From positions 106,139 through 170,138 of the IMG/VR virus record IMGVR_UViG_3300005096_000005: a DNA stretch of 64,000 nt; one strand, given 5' to 3'. A program made the position numbers and the translations under genes. Shown in pieces: positions 46,165-56,591 of the stretch (within the stretch, counting starts at the first letter, position 1; every line of letters begins with the position of its first letter). Source of the stretch: a virus. The notes under the pieces are model-generated. The model searched no databases, was not told the DNA's origin, and worked only from the letters and a program-made list of their open reading frames with translations.

Positions 46165-48567
46165 TTATGACTGATCCTTCGGAGTCTCTGCCAGGGCACC
46201 GGTCGATACAGCAGCCGCGACGAAACGTCTTACGGCTTTACTGCTTTCGTTCGGTTTATCTCCCTGACCACCGCTGGCGTTATCGACCTTAACACCATTC
46301 CCTGCGGGGGCGTCGCCTGATTCTGTGGCGGGCCTTGCCGCGGGCATCGGATTGTCCGAAGTACCCAGTTCGCTCTGCAGATCTTCAAGCAGATGTTTCA
46401 GCGAGTCGATCGGCAGTTTAGTATACTGCTCACGAAGCTCTTCTTCTGTACGCTTGCTTCCCGCGCCCACACGAGTTTTGACCAGTTTCTCAACGAGGTC
46501 CTTATGGACGTCCGCGCCGAGTTTCGAGTTCTGCTCCTGAAGCTCTGTAACTTCCTTCTGGAGCGAAGCTTCGCTGGCCTGGAGTGTGGAGATCTGTCCG
46601 TTGAGCTGTTCAATCTGGCTATCACGAACGGCAACTGTATCGGTCAAATCTTCGATCTTGGCCTCTGCTGCTGCGAGCTCATCCTTCACTTTCTTGAGCT
46701 CCTCGGCTCCCGCGCCGCAACCGCATCCATCTCCGGTGGCGCCTTCGCCTGTGTTCGTGTTGCCTGTCTGCTTCTCGGAACCGAAGCCTTCCTTCGCTTT
46801 GTGGATCGTGTCCTCCTGCATGTTCGCAATCATCACAAACTCTTCAGGATTGAACCACTTTGGAAGTTTGCCCTCTGCTCCGGGATACAGACCCTTGTCG
46901 TCCAGCCTGGTTTCCTGTTCGGCAACAGCGTTCATTATCCTGCCCCGCTGTTCCACAGTAAGCTTCTCGCGGGTGCTGGGCCATGCCAGCATGGCGCGAG
47001 CCGTCTGTGCTCCGAACGATGTGAAGACCGGGAATGACCTGTTGGGGCCGCAAAACACACCCTCCTCCAGGTCTGCCAGAAAGTCTTCGTGGGCTTTGAG
47101 CTCTTCGCGTTCTCCTTCTTTAACGGAGTCTGTTTCAGATTCCGCCCACTCCGACTGCAGCACAGTATCCCAGTCCTCGTCGGACTTGGCCTTGACCGTT
47201 TTCAGGTCTTCTGTCAGGCCATTGGACTCGCACCAGCTATCGACCCATTCGACAGCCTTGTCGCCCGTGACATCAACCAGCTCGATGGTAACCGTCTGTT
47301 TGTCTTCGGATTCCTTCTTGTTGCTCGTCTTGACGCCAAACTGTTTGGCTTTGCGTCTGAGACAGGCAAGAATCCTGGACCTGACAGCAGACGAATACCT
47401 GCCGCCGTGCTGAGCCAGGCGAGCGAGTCCGTTTCGGACGTGCGACGCGTCGTGGGCCGGATACGATCTATTCGGTCCACAGAACGCGCTGTCGGGTAGC
47501 GCTTTGCGCTTCTTGGTGGAGAGCTTCGCTTCAATCATCTCCTGCTCTGGAATCGCAGGATACACAACTTTCTTTGCTGGCATTGAAGCGTCCTCCTCAT
47601 TCGTTGGTGTGGGAATAGTTCCCATTCCGGCACTTTCTTTCCATCCGTCGGGGATCCAGAAGTGCCGGCGCTCCTTATGGAGCTTGATGACGTAGAAGGC
47701 TTCTTGCGGTTGGGTTTCACACTCGCCCACACCGAGACATTCACCTTCCTCGCCGACGCAACCGTAGCATACCGTCTTGTGGTCTGCCTTCTCGCCAGAG
47801 AACACGATCTCTCCGCTCCTGGAGATACTCTCTTCGAATCGTTCGCGAGTGTCTACCTGCAGAATTGCAGACGAAGACTTCGCGGGTTGGTTTACGAAAG
47901 AATATTCCTGGAACCAGAGATTGCCGAGTTCCCATGCGCACATACGGTCGCCTTTGGGATCCTGCTCCCCGTCCTGGTTATACCTCCGACCTTTTACATG
48001 GTCGCAGAGCTCACGGGTTGCCACGATGTCGTGCCCACATATCGTGCAGAGCGCCGCGTCTGTCTGAGAACCGATGCTGCCAGTCAGATACTCCCCCCTT
48101 ACTACCTTGCCTATCGCCTCGGGCTGAGTCAATGTAGGATACAGAAGTATTCCTGCGTTCCCGTTTCGGCGAGCGTACTTGGCGTCCTCCGGAGCCCGAA
48201 TACGTCCGAGCGGGTCCACGTCAATGTCGTGGTTCGTGAGAATAGGCTTGCCGAACGGAGAAGACCATGACGCGACACCGCTGGGGTAGCCGTCCTCGTC
48301 AGGCTTTCCGCTCAATAACCTCTTGGCCGTGTAGATGTTATGGTTCTTCGTCGACCCGGCCTCGATTGCCCATATCTCGGGACGTATCGATCCTTGCTGG
48401 AGTGCTTCCCAGAATTCGGAACCAGGAGTCATCTCGGCGACAATAGACCTCTCCACCTGTGCAGGGGAGAACCCTCCATGCGCTGGGGTTGCAAAGGAGA
48501 GAAGTGTAGGCTTCTTTGCCCAATTCTCAAAGATCCTTAACCTGTACTGTGCATCACCTCGTGCCAT
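46165..48567 (-). CDS. Prohead protease-scaffold fusion (800 aa)
   Basis: PILTNHD...PLGRI, YLTGSIGS, CTICG...CDH, EYSFVNQPA; C-terminal coiled coil; two FCGPNRS[Y/F]P domains. Confidence 0.85.
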   Translation of the reverse strand: MARGDAQYRLRIFENWAKKPTLLSFATPAHGGFSPAQVERSIVAEMTPGSEFWEALQQGSIRPEIWAIEAGSTKNHNIYTAKRLLSGKPDEDGYPSGVASWSSPFGKPILTNHDIDVDPLGRIRAPEDAKYARRNGNAGILLYPTLTQPEAIGKVVRGEYLTGSIGSQTDAALCTICGHDIVATRELCDHVKGRRYNQDGEQDPKGDRMCAWELGNLWFQEYSFVNQPAKSSSAILQVDTRERFEESISRSGEIVFSGEKADHKTVCYGCVGEEGECLGVGECETQPQEAFYVIKLHKERRHFWIPDGWKESAGMGTIPTPTNEEDASMPAKKVVYPAIPEQEMIEAKLSTKKRKALPDSAFCGPNRSYPAHDASHVRNGLARLAQHGGRYSSAVRSRILACLRRKAKQFGVKTSNKKESEDKQTVTIELVDVTGDKAVEWVDSWCESNGLTEDLKTVKAKSDEDWDTVLQSEWAESETDSVKEGEREELKAHEDFLADLEEGVFCGPNRSFPVFTSFGAQTARAMLAWPSTREKLTVEQRGRIMNAVAEQETRLDDKGLYPGAEGKLPKWFNPEEFVMIANMQEDTIHKAKEGFGSEKQTGNTNTGEGATGDGCGCGAGAEELKKVKDELAAAEAKIEDLTDTVAVRDSQIEQLNGQISTLQASEASLQKEVTELQEQNSKLGADVHKDLVEKLVKTRVGAGSKRTEEELREQYTKLPIDSLKHLLEDLQSELGTSDNPMPAARPATESGDAPAGNGVKVDNASGGQGDKPNESSKAVRRFVAAAVSTGALAETPKDQS

Positions 48568-48580
48568 CTGGCGCCTCCTT

Positions 48581-51286
48581 CTATTCTACCTTGGCCTCAC
48601 ACTCGCAATTGTAGTGGAAGGGGGGTAACTTGTGAAGTCCAAAACCATCGAGCTCAATACGATCTATCTTACCGCACTTCTCACAATTTGAGAAGTGTTT
48701 TATGATAACCGCATCTTCACCCTGTAAATATGCCGTGAATCCGTACCCAAAGTTTCTCGAATGATAGAAGTGAGTTTTAGCCTTAGCTTTGTGCAGATAA
48801 TCCAGAGCCTCAAACACTCCCTGTGTAAGAGAAACGGCTTCCTGGCGGTCTGCTGCATCGGCAAGGTTTTTCACCAACCTATCATATACGATCTTTGTAT
48901 ACGTCTTCCATTCTTCTTTATAATCTTCAAGGAGGGCGGCAAAGCGTCCCTCGATCCGCTCCATGTCGACCACAGAGCGTCTGGTGTCTCGCATACATTC
49001 TTTAACACCTCGCAAGAACTGCGGCCATAACCTGGACTCCTCGACCTTTTCCATGGAGTCCTCGAACTCCCTGAACAGGGATTCTGCATGGCCGATATTA
49101 AAGTGTTCCGTATCCTTGTCGAACCTGTTATAAACCAGGCTCACCATGTCCTTGTGAAGGAGCTGATATGGTTTCGATGCCTCACTGTAAAACTCGGCGA
49201 ACGCACTCTTTGAGATGCGCTCAACAATAGTAGGCACCTCACCCAGGCTTTCGAACCCCTCCTCCATATCGACTCCGAAATACATCTCCCGTACGATATG
49301 TGCAATATGTCTGTTTCCAAGAGCGATCTCCCTGGCTATGTCCTCGTCGCTCATCTCCTGAAACACACCCTGACGTTCCCTGAAAGAGGCGCATATTGAA
49401 GCGATAAACCCACTATGTATACGTTCTACAGGAGTTGCCGTTCCTGTATTCTTTCTATATATCTCAAGCAATACTTCGGCAAGTTCCTTGTCACCACGCT
49501 CAAGTGCATCTATTATCTCCTCGTCGGTCATGTCTGCGAACCGACCGCCGCGCATCCTAACGAGGGATCCGATAGTTTGAAGCATATCGCTCTGACTATA
49601 ATATTCTCTTCCAGTGTCCTCCCGGCTGCCGGCCGGCCTTCTGGTTCCCGTGCCGTGCTGATTCTTTGGCCTGGTCTTATTGTCAGGTGTTTTTGTCTTA
49701 GTGTCGGACGACCCTCCACTGGGCTTTGAAGTAGAATTGTCCGGAGGATTCGTAGTGAACGAGCCGATCCCTGTAGACTTCTTGAGCGCATCCTTTGCTT
49801 CCGGCGTAAACGGTTCGTCCACGGCTTGAATGATCGCCAACGGCATTTTGATCAGACCCATGTAGGTATCATGACGATCGGCGTCTTCCAATGGATCGTA
49901 ACCCATATTCCGGCGCCCTTCTGTCCGGGTTATCATATAATTGGTAAACTTCTGAATCTCCTGGTTCTCAATGAGTATCTGACGGTTGACGTCGGGATCG
50001 TGGAACTCTATCCAGGCTGTAACCGTCTCGTCCATCGGGTCAATCCCGGCCTCCATAAGCAGTTCATTGACTATCAGTTCATTAAAGAAAGCCGCAAACT
50101 CCGCATGGTATCCGCGTATCCTGTCCATGAATTCGTCTTCCATGGACCTTGCGGTAGAACGGTTGCTGGTGTCGCCCCGGCCCATCTGGGTTTGTGAAGT
50201 ACCCAGGCCAGTGAAGACCCGCTTCTCAAAGTATTCGAGAAACTTGATGACATCTGTTCCGGCGGAGGCTGCGTGAACCTCGATCTTCTGATCTCCCGGA
50301 ATTACGTAGATTCCGGAAACGGGACCCAGCTCAGCTTCCGACCTGGCGTCTTCAATATCTTCTTTCTCTCCAGGTCGCTCTTCAGTACCAACGCGCCATT
50401 CAACGATTGGGTTTGAGAACAGGTGCACCAGCTCGACAGCATACTGCTCAACCTCGCGGAGCGTTTTGACATCCGGGATACATGGGAGGACAAACGGCGT
50501 GCCATAGATCTCGCCTTCCTCACGGTCCTTGTAAAAGTGGACCATGTTAGCCGGCTTGAAGAGAATCCGGTTAGGTTCCTTGTTGAGCGTCTTCTGAAAC
50601 GATCCCTTCCCAATAGCGGTGAGCTTCGGTACAGGCTCGCCAACAGTCTGCATCCACATCAGGGTCTCATTACCTACCCGTTTGCGAGCAACACTGATTG
50701 TGGGAGGAGCTAATTTAAAGAACGCCGAGATTGGCTGCTTATCCGTAATACCTTTAAGCTTTGGCATCCCGGGGATTCGTGTGTTAGGATCCAGGCGACC
50801 TTTCGCCAGGAACACGTTGTGGTATTTGACAAAGTCCGCAGCCGCTTCACCCAGGAACGTACGGAAAGGCTTCCCTGTCATCATTGCCATTGTCTGGAAG
50901 CGTTTGCGTAAGTACTTGACTGTTTTCGGATTACCCTTAATGGCATAACCCTGCTTCATGAACGCATCGACATGCCTGTTGATTGCGCGACGTACAAACG
51001 AATCGATCTCACACGCCACTCTCACTTCGTTGAGGTCGAAGAGAGGAGCCTCGTATGTTCTGGTGGCACCGCCTATTCCCGTTTGTGGAGGGGCGTAAGA
51101 AAGACCTACCTTCTTAACACGCTTCGGCCGCTTTTTCCTATCCACAGGAACCGGAGGGAGCGGTCTGGTCGCAAGCGCAGTATTGCCATTGTATGCCGGA
51201 GACTGGTTCATCGAGACAAGCACAGATGATGAACCGCCAGGATTCATAAAGCCCCGAAATCTGTCTCTCCAACTTGGTCTACCCAA
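48581..51286 (-). CDS. Portal protein with C-terminal MuF-like extension (901 aa)
   Basis: NMVHFYKDREEGEIYGTPF, LEYFEKRVFTGLG...GDTSNRSTA, ITRTEGRRNMGYDPL. C-terminus CEKC...LPPFHYNCEC. TTG start with SD GGAGG. Confidence 0.85.
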   Translation of the reverse strand: MGRPSWRDRFRGFMNPGGSSSVLVSMNQSPAYNGNTALATRPLPPVPVDRKKRPKRVKKVGLSYAPPQTGIGGATRTYEAPLFDLNEVRVACEIDSFVRRAINRHVDAFMKQGYAIKGNPKTVKYLRKRFQTMAMMTGKPFRTFLGEAAADFVKYHNVFLAKGRLDPNTRIPGMPKLKGITDKQPISAFFKLAPPTISVARKRVGNETLMWMQTVGEPVPKLTAIGKGSFQKTLNKEPNRILFKPANMVHFYKDREEGEIYGTPFVLPCIPDVKTLREVEQYAVELVHLFSNPIVEWRVGTEERPGEKEDIEDARSEAELGPVSGIYVIPGDQKIEVHAASAGTDVIKFLEYFEKRVFTGLGTSQTQMGRGDTSNRSTARSMEDEFMDRIRGYHAEFAAFFNELIVNELLMEAGIDPMDETVTAWIEFHDPDVNRQILIENQEIQKFTNYMITRTEGRRNMGYDPLEDADRHDTYMGLIKMPLAIIQAVDEPFTPEAKDALKKSTGIGSFTTNPPDNSTSKPSGGSSDTKTKTPDNKTRPKNQHGTGTRRPAGSREDTGREYYSQSDMLQTIGSLVRMRGGRFADMTDEEIIDALERGDKELAEVLLEIYRKNTGTATPVERIHSGFIASICASFRERQGVFQEMSDEDIAREIALGNRHIAHIVREMYFGVDMEEGFESLGEVPTIVERISKSAFAEFYSEASKPYQLLHKDMVSLVYNRFDKDTEHFNIGHAESLFREFEDSMEKVEESRLWPQFLRGVKECMRDTRRSVVDMERIEGRFAALLEDYKEEWKTYTKIVYDRLVKNLADAADRQEAVSLTQGVFEALDYLHKAKAKTHFYHSRNFGYGFTAYLQGEDAVIIKHFSNCEKCGKIDRIELDGFGLHKLPPFHYNCECEAKVE

Positions 51287-52789
51287 TTAGACCCCTCCGG
51301 TAATAAGTCCACCAACGACAATACCGCGAATGTCCGCCATAACGGGATCGTTCGCGACTCTCTTAATGCTGTCCCGAGCCTGTCTTATTAAACCTTTCCT
51401 TCCCCCGGGAGTTTTCAAATCTTCCAGGTCAATCGTACTCGGCAACAACATCTCCTGCAACTGATCGGCCTTTGCCTCCAACTTCCACTTATCTATAAAG
51501 TGCCGGACTTTACGCCCCAACTTGCCGACATCTCCATCCCAATTATGGAAGATGTGGTCACGAGCCGTCTCAATCACTTTTCGTAATGACTCCTGTTCGC
51601 GCTGTCTATCCAGAAGGATGAGCCCAACCTGAGAAAGGTTGACGTCGTAGGATACTGCATGAAAGAACCCCTTCATTGCTGTATCGTTCTGACTGGTCAT
51701 ACCCTCCACAACTGCGTCGGTAAGAGCCTGAAGCAGCGGGTTGTTTACCTTCGCCCTGTCCAACTTCCGCACCACGTCGTCTCCGTCGATATCGTAGCGG
51801 GACGCCATGTGCTGAATGTTGTGCATCAGGCGCACTCCCTGTTTCGTCGCAAGTTTCGCGGCCTGCCACGCGATCAGTCTGCGCGCCGTTCGGCTCCTTC
51901 CCAGGACCTTCGCTATTGTATCCTGCATCCTCCTACTATTCAAGACAGCCTTATCTATTGCTGTAACAAAAGAAGCGAACGCCGTTGCCCTGGCGCTCGC
52001 TGGTATGTCTGCAAATGAACTGATAAGCTGAAAGATATGTTCTTCAGAACCATAACTGAGTACCGAGTCGACATGCGAAAGCGCGAACGCATTCTGCAGA
52101 TTCTCGATCTCGGCTTGAGCTGTATATCCGATAATGCTCCCATAAGCCCCTTCAACATTCCGTCTGAACTCCCGTTCGTACTGGAGTTCCGTAATACTGT
52201 AGTCCAACCGCTGCACTTCCTGAAGGTCGAAGTCACTCGTGTTCAATAAAGCCTCAACCTTCTTTTGAAGGCCAGCCTGCTGGAGCTCTAAGCTCGGGGC
52301 TTTGCTTGGTTCTTTTATCCGGACCTTTTGTGTGGCTATCAGTTGAAACTCCTCTGAAAGCCTTGCGTATCGCTCCAGTACCGTCTGGTCTCCTGTGCGA
52401 TCGAACTCGTCCTTGGCTTCTTTTACTTGGAATGAGAGGTCGCGCAGTTTTTGCTCGACATTCTCATACGCAGATACCGTCTTCTCTGTGTACTCGTCTT
52501 CGTCTACTGTAACGGGTACAATCCGGTCATCTGCTACCGCGTCGACTATCTCACTCCAGGACTGTGCCGGAGAAGTGCCGTAAAAGGCGAGTCGACGATT
52601 CGTTTCATCTTCAAGGTCCAGCTCTTTAAGTCGATTATACACTCGTTCCTGAACGTTTGCAAGCCTTATTAGAGAAGTATAGACTCCATCTCTAATCTCA
52701 GATAAAGTGTTTTCCTTCTCTCCGAAGTTCCCAAAACGCCGTCCTCTTAACGCGACTGGTTGCTCAGAAAAGTTTATTCGTGTTGTCAT
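51287..52789 (-). CDS. Hypothetical alpha-helical/coiled-coil protein (~500 aa)
   Basis: Start MTTRINF overlaps the TerL stop (ATGA); lies between TerL and portal. Confidence 0.75.
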   Translation of the reverse strand: MTTRINFSEQPVALRGRRFGNFGEKENTLSEIRDGVYTSLIRLANVQERVYNRLKELDLEDETNRRLAFYGTSPAQSWSEIVDAVADDRIVPVTVDEDEYTEKTVSAYENVEQKLRDLSFQVKEAKDEFDRTGDQTVLERYARLSEEFQLIATQKVRIKEPSKAPSLELQQAGLQKKVEALLNTSDFDLQEVQRLDYSITELQYEREFRRNVEGAYGSIIGYTAQAEIENLQNAFALSHVDSVLSYGSEEHIFQLISSFADIPASARATAFASFVTAIDKAVLNSRRMQDTIAKVLGRSRTARRLIAWQAAKLATKQGVRLMHNIQHMASRYDIDGDDVVRKLDRAKVNNPLLQALTDAVVEGMTSQNDTAMKGFFHAVSYDVNLSQVGLILLDRQREQESLRKVIETARDHIFHNWDGDVGKLGRKVRHFIDKWKLEAKADQLQEMLLPSTIDLEDLKTPGGRKGLIRQARDSIKRVANDPVMADIRGIVVGGLITGGV

Positions 52790-55700
52790 CTCCCGCGGTA
52801 CCCCCTGCCCCACACCGAGCGATTTGAGGCCCCAGGCATTCTACGATTGGTACCAATACGACCCCTCCTCCCTCTTGGCGCTACAGGCTTTCGTCCTGAA
52901 GGCGGAATGTCGTATATTTGGAGAACCCCACCATTCATACGGGGATCCTCTTTTGGTTTCTTTGCGTCAGTATAGGGGTCTATGTAATACTTACCGTGTA
53001 CTCCGGGTCCTTGTCTTCCGTGACGTACAACTGCCCCCTTTGAACCTCTCGGGAAGATCAGCTCGTTGGAGAAGTTGGATATAAGTCCGAACAGGGCAAA
53101 CAACAAAGCGTCCAGTGCGTGTTCGTTCTTCATGGTGTACCTGGGCTGCCCTGTAGTAGCGCTCCGGGCTACAACCTGGTAATTCTCCATCTGCTCCTTA
53201 AGCTTCATATCTTTTTTGGAAGCGACCAGCGCACACTGCTCGGTCAGGCGCACGCCAAGCTGCACGAGATATGGTTTGATTGGTACCTTTGTGAACTCGC
53301 CCCGCTTGTAGGGGTCTGGTATCTCGACATGCTCTCCATAGAAGATTGGAACAACACGTTTCCCGAGACCTGTTTCGGGATGCTCCTTACCGTACTTATG
53401 TAAGTTCTCCACGACCATCTCTCCGTAGCCGCGGTCTACATATATGTATGAGGTCTTCCACTTCCGGTCCAACTCTATGATCTTATCGACAAGGGCGTGA
53501 AGGGTTAGTTCTCCTTTCCGCCCTTTTGGCATTGTCACTCTTTGGAGAATGAACGCTTTGTTGTACTTATCGTTCCACTCCACGATTACGATCTCAGGAC
53601 CGGTAGCGTACTTGTCCACGTCCACGCCCATAACGCGCTTTCTCGTTTTCGGATTAAAACGTGCCGGATAAGTATAGTTGGAGAAGCTCTTGAGCCCGGC
53701 TGCTTCTATAACTTGCTGATCCCCAAACATAATGTCCAGGTACCACTTCTGGAACACGCCAGCAAGTTCTTCGGGGAACTCGGCGAGCACCTCGGTAATA
53801 ATACCGTACTCATCGAACCCTGCCAGAATCTCCTCTCCAAACGTGACCGGATTGCCGTACACGTCGTAGTCCATAATGTTGTCCCAGTATGGAACTACAG
53901 AGGACGGGTAGTGGTGCACCATCCATCTCTTGCGAGGGTCCGTGTTCCACTTGTACCACATCCCGCGAGCGCCAGACGGGGTCGACGATGCGATAATTCT
54001 GATATGAGGGTTACCGATACGGATACCCATAATAGTCCGTAAGTCGTTGTCGTCGAGATAATCGGCCTCGTCAAGGATAATGAAGTCGGAATCTTTACCA
54101 CGAGAGGCACCACCCCCTGCGCCGGACTTTGTGCCTGCGGTCATTCCTGTGATAGTGGAGCCATTATTGAACCGCACTCTGTACGGCGGGGATTTTGTAA
54201 GCCGCCCAACCACCGACGCCTGAAGCGTTTCACTATTCTCGATCATGAAGTTAATGCCGGGACGATCCCAAAATATCTTCTTGACCTGTTCGTCATACGG
54301 AGTGAGGATAAGCACTTTCGAGTTTGGATGGGTAAAGGCGTGATGTAGCGCCTTAATCATAATGCTCGTAGTGTTATGAACCACAACATCGTTTGCAACA
54401 AAGTTGTATGTACCGTCTACATCAGAGAGGTCGTACGTCTGGTGTCTTCCGAGAGATTCAATGGAAACCACGGGATCCCAAATCACTTCAGAATCCGCAA
54501 GACCCTCCAGATAACTGTCTCCGCCAAGGTTCTTCGCATACCTCTTTAGTTTCTTCCTTGAAGGGGAGTCTCCTAAACGCAACCTCTTGTTATCGTATGT
54601 CGAGCCTCCAACTACAGCCCTTTTGGTTAGGCCCTTCATACGCCTTCGAACGTCAACATACGACATTACCCCGGCGGGGATTGCGTCGATCTTCCTGTTG
54701 CCTGTTATAGCCCTGCTGGCAAGCGCCTTTACTACTTCAAGAACGGCCTCCTCTTTTCCAAAGATACCGATCTTCCTGGCGAACATTTTGATATCCGCCG
54801 CCGCAGAGATAATAACCTGGTACGCAATTCGAATCCCACCATTATACTTAACACGTTTGCGCGACAGACTTGCGATGATACCAAACTTCAGCAGGAGCGA
54901 ATGGACATCGTGCGCCAGTTCTCCCGACACAGAACAGAACCCGATCTCCGCTCGTCCCTTATATTCTTCGCTCACACAAGCCCAACCGTCCGTCGCATAA
55001 AGCCGGTTAAGAAACAACGCCACCTGAGCCTCTGTTCCTCGAAAGATGTCCTTTGGAACCTTTTTGGTGTGAGCATTATGCTCTGCGATATCAGCATCCT
55101 TAAGAAACCGGTTAATTTGATGATTGTTCCTGCCGGAGACAATTGACTTGAACCAATAGTCACACTTCGACTTCGAAACCCGTTTCAACTGCGCCCCAAG
55201 CTCTCTGGCAATGACGCGCATCTCCTCGATATGTCGTTCATTGATAGAAGACCACCGGTGGCTTGTTGTACATGTTGTTCCACCGTCTCCAATCATGTAC
55301 CCCAGGAACTTGAGCTCCTGATCGGAATAGGACGAACCTATACCAAACCGTGTTTGTGACGGTACCGCAATCCTGTCGCCCAGCTGCACATCTTTGACAG
55401 GTATCCATTCTGGACGCTCGGTTCTGAATACAAGGACCGGATGCTCAGCGGTAAGGTCGACCTCACGCCCTGTGCGGGTTGTCAGTCGAAACACTTCCTT
55501 AACGCCATTATCGAGAACGTCGTATCCGTCTTTGGTTGTAAACTTGAAGTTGTTCTGAAGAGACGTAATTCCAGGACGGTCCTGCGACTTCATCTTTCGT
55601 AATTCGGCAACCGTTACATAAGCGCCATCATCAGTACTGACACGAACCCATCCCGGCAAACATTTTCCTGTCTGGCGTCCTAGCCTCCATACCTGATAAC

Positions 55701-56049
55701 GAGTAGTATCCTGGAGGAGCAATTCCTGGTACCAGCGCGGGTGGTAGTCAACGACCTGCTTTGACTCCGGATCGATGACTTTGATCTCTGTCTCCGCCCA
55801 CTTGCACGGATCGGCGAGAAGCATGACTTTCTTGCGCTCTTCGTCGGTCGGATAAGCATCGGCGAGCTCTGGATCGTTATCCCAGTCCGGCTCGAAAAAC
55901 GACCTGTCTCTTTCGTCAAACCAGTCCGGCTTTGGCATGTGCCTGATCTGGTCGGGCACCATCTCCGGGGCAAAGATATCCACATCCGAATGTTGCGGTT
56001 TAGTGAATAGATCTACAACCGGTTCCTGTGGAAGTCTCGGTAGAGACAT
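52786..56049 (-). CDS. terL: Terminase large subunit with intein (657 aa after splicing)
   Basis: Walker A GRQTGK/T split by the intein; Walker B IILDEAD; motif III SSTP; RNase H-like GVDVD, YVDRG, HALDAL. Confidence 0.95.
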   Translation of the reverse strand: MSLPRLPQEPVVDLFTKPQHSDVDIFAPEMVPDQIRHMPKPDWFDERDRSFFEPDWDNDPELADAYPTDEERKKVMLLADPCKWAETEIKVIDPESKQVVDYHPRWYQELLLQDTTRYQVWRLGRQTGKCLPGWVRVSTDDGAYVTVAELRKMKSQDRPGITSLQNNFKFTTKDGYDVLDNGVKEVFRLTTRTGREVDLTAEHPVLVFRTERPEWIPVKDVQLGDRIAVPSQTRFGIGSSYSDQELKFLGYMIGDGGTTCTTSHRWSSINERHIEEMRVIARELGAQLKRVSKSKCDYWFKSIVSGRNNHQINRFLKDADIAEHNAHTKKVPKDIFRGTEAQVALFLNRLYATDGWACVSEEYKGRAEIGFCSVSGELAHDVHSLLLKFGIIASLSRKRVKYNGGIRIAYQVIISAAADIKMFARKIGIFGKEEAVLEVVKALASRAITGNRKIDAIPAGVMSYVDVRRRMKGLTKRAVVGGSTYDNKRLRLGDSPSRKKLKRYAKNLGGDSYLEGLADSEVIWDPVVSIESLGRHQTYDLSDVDGTYNFVANDVVVHNTTSIMIKALHHAFTHPNSKVLILTPYDEQVKKIFWDRPGINFMIENSETLQASVVGRLTKSPPYRVRFNNGSTITGMTAGTKSGAGGGASRGKDSDFIILDEADYLDDNDLRTIMGIRIGNPHIRIIASSTPSGARGMWYKWNTDPRKRWMVHHYPSSVVPYWDNIMDYDVYGNPVTFGEEILAGFDEYGIITEVLAEFPEELAGVFQKWYLDIMFGDQQVIEAAGLKSFSNYTYPARFNPKTRKRVMGVDVDKYATGPEIVIVEWNDKYNKAFILQRVTMPKGRKGELTLHALVDKIIELDRKWKTSYIYVDRGYGEMVVENLHKYGKEHPETGLGKRVVPIFYGEHVEIPDPYKRGEFTKVPIKPYLVQLGVRLTEQCALVASKKDMKLKEQMENYQVVARSATTGQPRYTMKNEHALDALLFALFGLISNFSNELIFPRGSKGAVVRHGRQGPGVHGKYYIDPYTDAKKPKEDPRMNGGVLQIYDIPPSGRKPVAPRGRRGRIGTNRRMPGASNRSVWGRGYRGR
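54373..55662 (-). mobile_element. Intein (430 aa) with LAGLIDADG homing endonuclease
   Basis: Starts CLPGWVRV; block B LTAEHPVL; FLGYMIGDGG and FLNRLYATDGW endonuclease motifs; ends NFVANDVVVHN before Thr+1. Confidence 0.95.
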
Positions 56050-56591
56050 TACCCCTCCAGATATTCGTCAACACCTCTATGCATCATTGCAGCTTCGTTT
56101 CCAATAGAACTTCTTGCGTTCAGCACCGAACCCTGGATGGCCCTCAATGAACGCTGTCTTTGTGTTAACATCATTCGTGAATTTGTGTGGAAGGTGTCAG
56201 AGACCTGGAAGCCCACACGTGTCGCGCTTCGCATTCTTGCCTGGTCGCGTGCGTTGGCTTCTTCCATGGCTCCAAACGTATGTTCGAAGGCGGCGTACGT
56301 AACCATCTCTGCGGCAGCTCCTGCCACAAATCCGACAAAGCCGCCAAGAGGTCCTCCTACCATAGTGCCTACTGCAGTCCCTACCGTGCCGCCTACCGGG
56401 ATGCCAGCTATAGATCCCGTGAAGCCTCCGACTCTGCGTGCTGCAGAACGGCTTCTATCAAAGACCTCCCAGGCAGCAGAAATAACGGAACCGCTGATAT
56501 ATGGGTTATGAAGCAAAATGCTTCCGAACCCCTTTTTGGCTCCCGCCTCCGCGGATTGCTTCGCCGCTTCTGTCGCGGTGTGTGTCGGCAT
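56049..56591 (-). CDS. Glycine-zipper protein, putative internal virion protein (180 aa)
   Basis: GxxxG run GSIAGIPVGGTVGTAVGTMVGGPLGGFVGFVAG; C-terminus TQRQRSLRAIQGSVLNARSSIGNEAAMMH; TAATG-coupled to TerL. Confidence 0.75.
   Translation of the reverse strand: MPTHTATEAAKQSAEAGAKKGFGSILLHNPYISGSVISAAWEVFDRSRSAARRVGGFTGSIAGIPVGGTVGTAVGTMVGGPLGGFVGFVAGAAAEMVTYAAFEHTFGAMEEANARDQARMRSATRVGFQVSDTFHTNSRMMLTQRQRSLRAIQGSVLNARSSIGNEAAMMHRGVDEYLEG

Noticed and set aside
42910-46170. Long plus-strand ORFs (380 aa, 401 aa)
   Set aside because: Antisense shadows of the codon-biased capsid and head genes; no SD or recognisable motifs.
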